Below, one piece after another: positions 11,072-20,382 of a stretch of 37,418 nucleotides of DNA (its first letter is position 1; every line of letters starts with the position of its first letter). The position numbers were made by a program, and so were the translations under genes. The stretch is taken from the NCBI GenBank assembly GCA_013265495.1, contig MU058492.1:7420-44837 (forward strand). Direction: 5' to 3'. Under the pieces are notes generated by a model, which was not told where the DNA came from, searched no databases, and was given only the letters and a program-made list of their open reading frames with translations. This DNA is from Vicugna vicugna. Taxonomy: Eukaryota.

Positions 11072-11185
11072 GGGTGCAGAGCGCCCTGTACGGTCTGGCC
11101 CTCTCCTTGCTCATCTGTGTGGCTGCGGTGGTCGTGTTCCCCACCCACGTGCTGCTCCTGCTGCCCGTGCTCCTGAGCATCCTGG
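11072..11185 (+). pseudogene. DISP3: DISP3 pseudo-exon (about exon 19), transmembrane segments
   Basis: GVQSALYGLALSLLICVAAVVVFPTHVLLLLPVLLSIL. CCAG acceptor, donor GCATGT. Confidence 0.92.
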
Positions 11186-11607
11186 GCATGTGGGCCGGGG
11201 ACCAGGAGTGGGCAGGGTCTCCTTGGTGGCCTCAGGTCAGCCGGTTTCTCTCCACATTTAAGTGTCCCATCTCTTCAGTCTTCCCGACCACCCCACTCGC
11301 ACCCCAGGCAAAAAGAGCCTTTGTGACAGTCATTCATAGGACTGTGTGCTCCCCGAGGGGAGCCAGATGTCACCAGGTGGTAGCTCTCAGCCCAGCGATG
11401 TGTTGCAGCACCTGACCCCTCTTTCGGGTCCCCCCTGCTCTCTCTGGCCCTGTCCCTCCCTGTCCCACTGGTCACCAGAGCTGGGGGTGCTCCACTGTAG
11501 ACTTCAGCGCATTCTCCAAGGGCCCTCTGAACTCGCCCACCACCCCTCCAGGATTGGATGGGTGGGGCTAGTCCAAGTTGCCCCCCGCCATCCATTGCCC
11601 TCTGCAG

Positions 11608-11755
11608 GCATCGTCTGCCTGGTGGTGACCATCATGTACTGGAGCGCCTGGGAGATGGGCGCTGTGGAAACCATCTCCCTGTCCATCCTCATTGCGTCCA
11701 TCTGGTCGAGGGCTGTCTGCTGGCTGGAGAGAACCTGTCCCCACCCTAGGCCGAG
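11608..11755 (+). pseudogene. DISP3: DISP3 pseudo-exon (about exon 20), ~19-bp deletion and nonsense codon
   Basis: GIVCLVVTIMYWSAWEMGAVETISLSIL, deletion, CVHLVEGCLLAGENLSPP*AE. TAG at 11747-11749. Donor GTGAGC. Confidence 0.92.
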
Positions 11756-12351
11756 GTGAGCAGCCTGCCTGCCCCTCCCCTCCCCAATGAACATTCTCCC
11801 ACCCCCCGGTGCTGCTGAGGACCCTCAAGGGTAGCCACACACCCCCAAGCCCAGTGCCCAACCGGGCTGTGTTCTAGGAGCCTCTCCACGCCTAGGGACT
11901 CAAGCTCATGTTCGGAGGCAGCTCCACCCAGCATCGCTGTGGGCCCTGGGCGGGTCCACTCCCCTAGCCTGTCTCCCTAAGCCTGCACGAGGGGTCAGGC
12001 CAGGCGACGTCCAAGGGCCCTGCCTGCTTCTACGTTCCCTGAGTCCGTCTCATTCTCTAGCCGGGGGAACAGATCTGAGCCCTTCTGGTTGTGACTGTGA
12101 GGTCACCAGCCCCATCTCTGGCCCTCATGGCTTAGTGAGGACTTACCGTTGTCCTCAGGGCCAAACCCAGCTCTGGGTCTCATAAAGCTTTTGTTTTTTT
12201 CCTGGTTTGGAATTGGTGTGAAGTATTCATAAATATGTAAATTCAGTTGGTTATACATTTAGCTGCTTTTGGTCAAAAAAAGGAAGTCAGCTCCAATCAG
12301 GGCTCCCATTTTTGAGGACCTGCTATGCAGAGCATCAGTGTTCTGGTCATG

Positions 12352-12515
12352 GCAACGCTGAACGCGCCCCCACCGCGTGCTGTGCGCTGGGCGCTGGGCG
12401 CTGCCGCAGGGGAGCCGCCCCCGTGCCCCTCCAACCCCGTGGAGCAGGCACGGTCATCCTCCCTCACGGGGGTGGAACCGGGCCTACGGGGGCAAGGCTG
12501 GCCTTGCACAGCGCG
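12352..12515 (-). mobile_element. MIR-like SINE, strongly GC-shifted
   Basis: Follows the MIR layout (AACCC...GCAGGCAC...ACGGGGGTGGAACCGGG...AAGG...CTTGC) with most A/T positions replaced by G/C. Manual alignment only. Confidence 0.55.
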
Positions 12516-12611
12516 TGTGTTTACCCGGGTCCAAGCCCCCATCCCAAGTCCCAGGCAGGGTGGGATCCCCTCCGGCGTTCGGGGCCGCAGCTCTGTCTCA
12601 CCCACACCCAG

Positions 12612-12973
12612 GGTGCCCACTCGCAGCGCCAGTGGCGGACGCCGGAGGCCGCGCGGCACGTGGGCGTGGCCACCGTCCCCAGCGCCCTCGCCCCGGTCAT
12701 CGCCACCGTGCGCCGCTTCTTCTGCGTCATCGCCCTGTTTGCCAAGTTCGCGAGATCGTTGCCCTCAACGCGGGCGTCTCCATCCTCTACCCGCTCACGG
12801 TCAGCACGGCGCTGCTGGGCATCGCGGCGCCCGGCTCCTACACCCGGACCAGGACTTCCTTCCTCAGAGCCCTGGGCGCCGCGCTCCTGGCGGGGGCCCT
12901 GGGGCTGGGTGCCTGCCTCCTGCTTCTCCAGAGCGGCTATAAGATCCCCCTTCCCAGCGGGACCTCCCTGTAG
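12612..12973 (+). pseudogene. DISP3: DISP3 terminal coding pseudo-exon (about exon 21), 1-bp deletion
   Basis: GAHSQRQWRTPEAARHVGVATVPSALAPVIATVRRFFCVIALFAKF, frameshift near 12750, EIVALNAGVSILYPLTVSTALLGIAAPGSYTRTRTSFLRALGAALLAGALGLGACLLLLQSGYKIPLPSGTSL, TAG at 12971-12973. Confidence 0.93.
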
Positions 12974-14355
12974 CCCTGGCACTACGTCCGGACTGGCACA
13001 CCTTTGGTCCAGCGGGTGGGGGACAAGATGCTCATTCTCTAGCCCCAGAGGCACTTTGTTCCCAACTCGGGTACAACCAGTTATGTTCCCAGCTGTATGA
13101 TTCACGCTGCCTTTGTCACAGTGCCAGCCAGAGCTGGGTGGAGAAGCCGGCCCCCACCCCACCCTGCGGGGCTGCTGGCAGCCGTCCTGGGCTCTCCCTG
13201 GCAGTGAAGGAGGCCAGCCTTCCTCCTGTGCCTGGTCAGGTGGTTTTTGCAGGGGTTCCCCCCATGCGGCCTCAGTGCTCACAGCAACTCTCTGATGTGG
13301 GTGTTACGGGGCCCCCATTCTAAAGATGCGAAAACTGAGGCAGCAAGAGGCAAAGTGACTGACGTGTAGCTGGGTCAGTGGCACAGTCACAGCTGCCTCC
13401 CTCGGGGACTTTGCAGGAAGAGCACAGTAGGTTCGAGGGCCCGGCCTCGCACCTCCGCCCCCTCCCAGCCCCACGAGCTTTACAGTGGCCAGTGCTGGGT
13501 GGTCCTGGGGTCCTCCTCAGGCCCCTTGGTCCTGGCCAGGAAGGACGGAGGGACCAGCTTGGGGGTCTGCTTGTCCTACCCCCGGCCCCAGCCTCAAGGG
13601 GCTCCTCTCCTGAGACCCGGGGGCCCCAGCACAGCCTTCCTCTGGGGGTGGAATCTGGGGGGGCAGCCCCTGGGATGGGGAGCTGGCTGTGCCTGCCGCC
13701 TGCTCACAGCAGATGCTTCTTACTGAAGTGAAATGAAACTGCAGACCACCGCCATTAACACAAGCATTTTAAGCATCGCTGGCTCCATTGTGTTCATAAA
13801 GTTCAAATAACTAAGTGCTCACATGCTCCCCAGCCCGGAATCTGGCCCTGAGGGGGAAGGAGGTGGGGCTGGAAGCGCCAGACTCTCCAGGGAGCAGGTC
13901 ACAGAGTGCTCTGTGGGTCCAGGGTGAGGGTGGGGGCACACTTTGGGAGCTGGGCTCCCCAGGCCCCCCACTAGGACATTCATTAGCACCTTCGGGGGCC
14001 TGGTATTGTGCTGGGCACTGACCTTCCTCCTTGGGACAGACATTGCCCCCTGGGCTTTAAGAAGCTGGACACAGACTGAGCCTTATAGGGTAGGAAAGAC
14101 AACCCCAAGGGTGGTCTCTAGGTCAGCTCACCTGCTCATCTGTAAACATAAACTAGGGGGCAGGGCATGCATGACAGATGGGCAACATGTGTCCCCGCCC
14201 GGTACATGCCTGGCACCCAGCAGGTGCTCAGTATTTGCTGAGGGAACATCAGATCTTCGGACCCACTGTCTATGGTGAAGACAGACATCAAACAAGCAAT
14301 TAATGGCACGAGTTGACACACAGCACTTACTGCCCCAGACCCTCTTCTAAGGGTC

Positions 14356-14776
14356 TGTCTTAGTCGGCTTGTGCTGCCCTAGCAAAGTGCTGCAAGCCGG
14401 GTGGCTCGTAAGAGCAGAAATTTATTCTGTCACGGTGCTGGAGGCCACAAGTCCACAGCAGTGTGTTGGCATGGTGGGTCCTTCTGGAGATGCTGAGAGG
14501 GACTCTGTCCCGTGCCTCTCCCCTGGCTCTGCTGGTCGCTGGCAATCCTTGGTGTTCGTTGGCTCATGGATGCATCACCCCAGTCTTTGCCTCTTTTTTC
14601 AGGTGCCCATCGTTTCTGTGAGGGTCCCATTGCCTCCCCTCCCTCTCATGTTGGATCCTAATGACTTCATCTTAACTTGGTCACCTGCAAAGAGCCTATT
14701 TCCAGATAAGCTCCCGTGTACAGGTACCAGGTTCGCTTCAGTGTATCTTCTGGGGGACACAGTTCAACCCATGACA
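14356..14776 (-). mobile_element. MLT1-type (ERVL-MaLR) solo LTR
   Basis: TGTCTTAGTC...CAGAAATTTATTCTGTCAC...TGGAGGC...GGGGACACAGTTCAACCCATGACA. Flanks GGGTC and GGGCT form a degenerate 5-bp TSD. Confidence 0.88.
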
Positions 14777-15119
14777 GGGCTCAGCACTCATCAGCTCATT
14801 GGTTAACCTTAGGGAGGGGGGGCTCAGACCCATTTTACGCATGGGGATAGCAAGGCTCCGAGGAATGGACTTGCCTGGGTCACGCAGCCAGTGGTGGTGG
14901 AGCCAGTTCAACCCCAGCCAGGCTGTCCCGGCGTGTGGGCTCCCCCATGCGGGTGAACAGCCTCTCGGGGAATTGTAACAAAGGGTGATAACGTTACAGG
15001 GATGTTCATCAAGAGGCCTGTTCTTAGAGAATCAGGGATGGAAACCCTTGCATTTGTTCAATGCTTCACCCTTAAATGCTTCCCTGTCAACCTTGTATGA
15101 AGTCTGAGCCCTCAGAGGC

Positions 15120-15134
15120 CCAGCAGGGGGCGCT
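15120..15134 (+). promoter_or_regulatory. CTCF core motif
   Basis: CCAGCAGGGGGCGCT matches the CTCF core consensus. Binding is not shown. Confidence 0.65.
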
Positions 15135-16479
15135 ATGTCCTAGGGGCAGTGTTGTGCTCTGGACCACACAGCCCTGACAGGCTGATCAGGGATTCAGGCA
15201 GATCAACCCATGCTCTGGCAGCCCTTTAGGTGGGGAGGGGCCACGGCTGCAAGGTTGCACCTCTTCCAGGGACCGCCCCCAACTTTGGGAGAAATGGGCA
15301 AGATTACAGAAGGCCAGTGGGAGGGGGTGGGATAGGGGAGGGAGCTGCCAAGTTCGCAAGACGTCCCAGTAGGTGCTCAGAAGAAGGACTGCCATCTCCC
15401 AGTCCTTGTCCTGAGACCTTCCCAATGACCTAGTTTTAACATGGAGGCAGCATCATCTGCATCTCATTTGCGTGCAGTCCAGATAGTGCCCACTTGTGAA
15501 GACACCCTCTCTCCACCCACTTCCTGGCTTTTAAGAAACAGCTCCTCTTCCTTCCTACTGGCCTCTTATCTTTTCAAAGTGTGGGGGTGGGGAGCAGGCA
15601 GGTCAAGGGTGGAGGAGGCCAGACCCTGGTGTCACTGTCACCTCCCCCACCAGGTGACCGGGGCTCCCCTATGTCAGTACAACTCTCTCGTGACCCTCAT
15701 AGCTCTCCTTCCAGCTGGGTTCCCATCTTACAGGCGAACACTCGGAGCCCAGAGAGGGGAGGGCACAGAACTCACACGCGGCTGGGCTGCTTCTCCTGGC
15801 TTGGGTCCCTGCCCCGCTCCGCTTTCCTGCCAGACTCACCTCTGTGGATGGTATTCTCAGCTTCAGATCTTTATCTCCTCATCAAAACTGACCTGTCCTG
15901 GTCCCTCAGCGTGGGGACTGCTCTGTCCAGCTCCAGGCCAGCACTGCTCTCCCTCACAGGGGCAGGGGCCGGGCCAGGGCTGGGGAAAGGATGTGGAGCT
16001 CTGAGGAACTTTGGACACACCCTTGGCTGCCTACTTGCCTGCAAATAAGTCCCTCTTCAACCTGTTTGTGAATATTGGTGCCACAGGGTCCCAGAGGCAC
16101 TAACTCCCATGAGAAGAACCTTGACTTTCCTCTGCTGCTGATGCACAGCTCGCGGTCTTCATGAGCTTTTGCCGAGCGTTAATGAGATGCCTTCATTGGC
16201 TCGGGCACAACAGTTAGCCTGAGCTCTGGGAGGATGTACAGGCCTTCGGCGGGCCAAGGAGGGGCAGCGGGTACAAAGGGAGCCCAGAAAAGAGGGACCC
16301 CTGTCATCTACAAGGTTCCCTGAGCCCCTGCGTCTCTCCTTCCCTCAGAGGCCAGGAGGTACTATCAATGAGAGCCAGCTGTTCTGAAATGCCCACTGCG
16401 TCCCAGGCTCCATCCATGCAAGCTCGGGGATTCTCAGAACGTTCCTCAGAAGGGAGTGTTTTCGTCCCATTTCACCCCA

Positions 16480-16700
16480 CCACCGGCCCCGTGTTTCCTC
16501 TGCAGTATCTTCCCTACTGCCCATCTCTGATTTTTCTCCATAGCACATATTCTAACCATGTAAAGTACTGAATTATCTTCCCCTTGGACTGTAAACCCCC
16601 TAGGGTTGGGGAATTTAGTTTCTTTGTTCTCTCCTTAACCCTGGAGACCAGAATAGCGCCTGGCATGGAGTCAGTACTTAGTATTTATTGAATGAACAAA
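16480..16700 (+). mobile_element. L2 LINE 3' end
   Basis: TTTTTCTCCATAGCAC...GACTGTAAACCCC...AGAATAGCGCCTGGCATGGAGT...TATTTATTGAATGAACAAATG. Confidence 0.7.
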
Positions 16701-16764
16701 TGGGGAGACACTGAAATGCATTAAGCAGAGTAATGATGTACTGATTTATGATTTTTTAAACATT

Positions 16765-17400
16765 GACTTTTATTGATATTTAATTGACGTTTGGTGAAGT
16801 GCGTGGATCTTAAGAGTTATAGTTTGATGAATTTTGACAAATGCATGTGGCTGTCTAACCATACCCCTCTCCTAGTGCAGAACATTTCTGCCACCCCCAG
16901 AAGCTTCCTTGTGCTGCTCCTCCTTCACCCCCACTGTCGTCCCCCCCCCCCCCCGTCTAGAGGCGACGACTATGCTGATTTCCTTTACATAGGGTCGTCT
17001 TGCCTGGCCTAGATCCTGTAAATTGTTTTTGAGATTCATTGCGTTGTGATGTGTGTCAGGAGTTCCTTTGTATTGCTGAGTAGTTGCCACTGTATGGACA
17101 TACCCCAATTTGTGTCTCCATTCTCCTGTTCAGCGACTTTTGGATTATTTCCATATTTTGCTTATTATGACTGAACATTCATGTTCAAGTATTTTTGTGG
17201 GTATTTGTTTTCATTTTTCTTGGGTAAATGCCTAGGGATCGAATTACTGGGTTACAGGATAATTGATGTCTAACTTTATGAGAAGCTGCCAAAGCGTTTT
17301 CTAAAGTGGTTTTGCTGTTTTTGCGTTCCCACCAGCAAGGCCGGAGAGTTCCAGTTGCTTCCCATCCTTGCCAGCATTTTGATTTATGTTTTAACGAATT
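16765..17400 (-). mobile_element. Old L1 (L1M-type) 3' region fragment
   Basis: GAATTTTGACAAATGCAT..., TTTTCATTTTTCTTGGGTAAATGCCTAGG..., CTGCCAAAGCGTTTTCTAAAGTGG...TTCCCACCAGCAA...CATCCTTGCCAGCATTT. Confidence 0.85.
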
Positions 17401-18529
17401 TATCTGGCTGCTGCGTGGAGAACCGGCCCAGTGTCTCACTGTGCTGGCTCCTTTGGAGGACGGTGTTGGGAGAGGGGGTGTGCCTAAAGAGAAGCTCCCA
17501 GGTGAGACACAGCTCGGAATCAGGTGGAGCACAGGAGCCTTGGGCCACGTGTTGGACACTCAGAATCGGGGCTTTCTCCCCAAGGGCGTTGTCATTTCTG
17601 GCCTCAGATAACCTCAGGAAGGCTGCCAGCGCTCTCTCACCCCCGGAGCAGGTTTGTGGCTGGTTTCCGCGCCGGGCGCGTTGAAGGAGGGGCGGGGCTT
17701 GTCCTTGCAGGCGCAGGTTTCTGTGCCGCTTCGCGCACACGGTCTTTGGGCAGGCGCCCTAAGGAGGTGTTCTCGGGCACTCTGGGCAGAGGTCAAGGCT
17801 GTTGCGCTGTTGCGTTTCCTTCCGTAGCCGGAGCCCTGAAGCCTGCCTGGACAGCTGAGAAAATAAGCAGGAGATGAGCCGGCGCTGGCGGGAAACCCGC
17901 TAGATCTGCGCTGGGAGCGTTCCTGCCCGGCGTCTCCCTCGGGCGGGGGCGGCGCCCAAATGTGTGACACCGATTTCCTAACTTGGAACTGGAGCCTGGC
18001 TACGTGCTGCTTCAGAGACCTTTCCCCTAGAGGGCGTGTCCTCAGACAACCAGATTATTTGTCAAAACACGGCTTGGGGAGTACGGATTAGTTTGCCGCG
18101 TGTTAGTGGGTGTCAGGGACCATGCTTGTTATATCCTTTCCTGGGGTCACTTCATTCCAAAGAACCAAGGGTGGTCATTTAGGCCCAGAGAACCTCAGCC
18201 ACTCGGGCGGAGGGGAACTTGGGCTGAGTCTCCTTCTTTGACTGCTGTGCCTTTAGATCCTCTGCAGACCACTGTCCCATATCATTTTAGGCTGTTCAAG
18301 TGCAACTGATGACCTTACAGTTTTTCTTGTTTTGTTCTTTAATGTTCTGATCTTGAGGCCATGCCTCAGTAGCTTGGTTAGATCAGAGGTTTCCCACGCT
18401 TCTCCAGCAGTAAGTGGGTGGACCACCTCTTTGAGAGGATGCCTCTGACCTTTCCCATTGCTGCTTTGCTGTTTCCGTCCAAGTGAGACGTTTTTCCTGA
18501 CCTCGCTCCCAAATTCCAGGTGCTTGTTA

Positions 18530-19270
18530 CTGTAGCTCTGTGTTCAGTTCGGCCTCGGTGCCAAGCACTGGGGAGCCAGCTGTGAACAAGCCAGGCACAA
18601 GGCTCTACCCTCGTGAAACTTACAGATGAGTAGGAAGGATGGAGATTAAGTAATCAGAGTGTGATGGAGCTCGGAGAAGTGGAAGTCAGGGTGCTGGGAA
18701 GCATACTGCAAGGGGACCGAATGTGGCCTAGAGCTGAGGGAGGCTGCCTTGAGGAGTGGTGTTCAAAGACTTGAAGGATGAGTAGGGGTTAGCCAGGCAA
18801 GAGGCTGGGTGAGGGGTTTCTGAATGTCCTGAGGCACTGAAGGAAGTTGTGTGGGGAGGGGAGGAAAGCTCAAAGTGGGGGCAGGAGGGAGGCAGGTCCA
18901 GGCCGGATGAAAGATCTGTGGCTTTTATCCTGAAGACAGCTTGTCGATATGGGTTTTCAGGTGTATGTTGGGGGAGGGGCATGGCCATCTTAGTATTTTG
19001 GGGGAATCACTTTGGTGGCAGCGTGGAGGTTAGATTAGGGAGGGGGGAGGGAGTTGGTTATGAGAACGAAAGAGACCAACTGGGAGGGTGTCGCAGCATT
19101 CCAGGCTTGAGAAGACTGTGACCTGGGTTTGGGGGTGGAGGGAGGCGGGATGGAGCGTGGCACTGGGGATAGAGAAACTGGGCAGGTTTGAAAGACGTGG
19201 ATTAGACAAGATTTGAAGTAGATTAGCAGCACAGGAGGGAAAATGAGGGATAATTCAGTGTTTTAACTTG
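18530..19270 (-). mobile_element. L2 LINE fragment
   Basis: GTGCCAAGCACTG...GTGAACAAG..., GACTTGAAGGATGAGTAGGGGTTAGCCAGGCAA, GGCTTTTATCCTGAAG, AATCACTTTGGTGGCAGCGTGGAG. Confidence 0.75.
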
Positions 19271-19896
19271 ACGGGAACCAGAGAGGGAAGCAGTGTTGAG
19301 CTGTCCCCGTCTTGGCTGTTTCACTCATTATGTGGGTTAGCTTCTCTATGTGGAGTTTGGAATCCCTGAAATTTCGCTGAGATTAACTGGGGTTTTTCAA
19401 AACCAGAAGATGCTTCCAGAGGTTGTGGAGGAAGGAGACAGAGAAGTGAGAGGCGGGGCTGGGTCTTCTGCAGGGGACTGATCTAACGGTGGCACCGACA
19501 GAAGCGGAGTCCTGCAGGGAGCGGTGAGGGGTGGGAGGAAACCTAGCTCTGGATCGTAAGGCCTGTGAGACCCTTCCCGGCTCCCCCGTTGAACTGTGTG
19601 TGACTGGGAACCCCCTGCTCTTTGTTGCAGGGCTTTGTTGGGGGTCAGCAGGAAGGACTCGGGGATGATGCTGAGACTGGACTGGGTGCTGAACAATCAG
19701 TTTTTTCTGTCCCCCTGGGTCATTGGAGAAGAAATCAGATTTTGTTCTGGAAGGGGAGGGAACTCAATCGCTGCCCAGCCTCACAGCCTCAGAATGCACC
19801 CTTCCCAGCCCAGGGGGCCTGCCTTTTGACTGAAGGACAGTCCCACAGTTTCCAGCCCTTGATCTCACACCAGCTCTCTGGGGTTTCTGGCCGTAG

Positions 19897-20382
19897 GAAT
19901 TGGATTCAAGCACGGGGCCCTGGGAGACCTCGTCACCCTCATCACTTCCGGCCGGCTGGCTGTGACGTTCGCCTGCGCCGTCCAGGTGGGGTCCCTGGCG
20001 GTCTTCCCAATGGTCTACACCATCCCCCTCACCCTCAGCACCGAGGCCATTCTCCGTTCCAACAACACCAGGGACATGGAGTCCGACCGGGAGGCTGGCA
20101 TCGTCCCGCTCGCCATCCTCATCGGCCCCACTCTCTCCTGCATGCTCTGCAACACGTGGCTCTTCCTGCCCTGCCTGATCCTCAGCGTCCTGGCCACGCG
20201 CTGCGGCAGCAGCCTGGCGCTCCCCCTCTCACCGTTCCCATGGCCTTCTCCCTCGAGAGACAGTTCCGAAGCCAGACCTTCAACAAACTGCCCCAGAGGA
20301 CTGCCAAACTCAGCCTTCTGCTGGGACTCTTCTACGTCTTGGCATCATTCTGGCACCAGCAGGCAGTCTGCCCAAACTCTAG
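19897..20382 (+). pseudogene. UBIAD1: UBIAD1 (UbiA prenyltransferase, MK-4 synthesis) terminal coding exon, frameshifted; exon 1 not seen
   Basis: Acceptor TAG at 19894-19896, then [17 protein letters not shown]...[23 protein letters not shown]...; 1-bp deletion near 20227; [34 protein letters not shown]; 1-bp deletion near 20339; [16 protein letters not shown] at 20380-20382. Confidence 0.93.

Larger units (their letters stand above)
1377..12973 (+). pseudogene. DISP3: Unprocessed pseudogene (3' half, 11 exons) of dispatched RND transporter family member 3 (DISP3/PTCHD2)
   Basis: Eleven collinear segments, mostly bounded by AG and GT/GC, translate to the DISP3 C-terminal half, e.g. EKPHSLQNN, CDAKRGWKFDFSFYVATKEQQH, SATFGFNPCVNTGC, GYSISSFLQMLHPECKEL, DYLRWESFL, GIVCLVVTIMYWS, LLQSGYKIPLP-stop. 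They carry at least 3 in-frame stops and at least 5 frameshifts. The 5' exons are not in the window. Confidence 0.95.

Noticed and set aside
12312..13100. Long overlapping ORFs (262, 205, 198 and 253 aa) around the DISP3 last exon as a new gene
   Set aside because: They result from stop-codon depletion in very GC-rich DNA. The recognisable parts are the two frameshifted halves of the DISP3 exon and the rest is intron, MIR or UTR.
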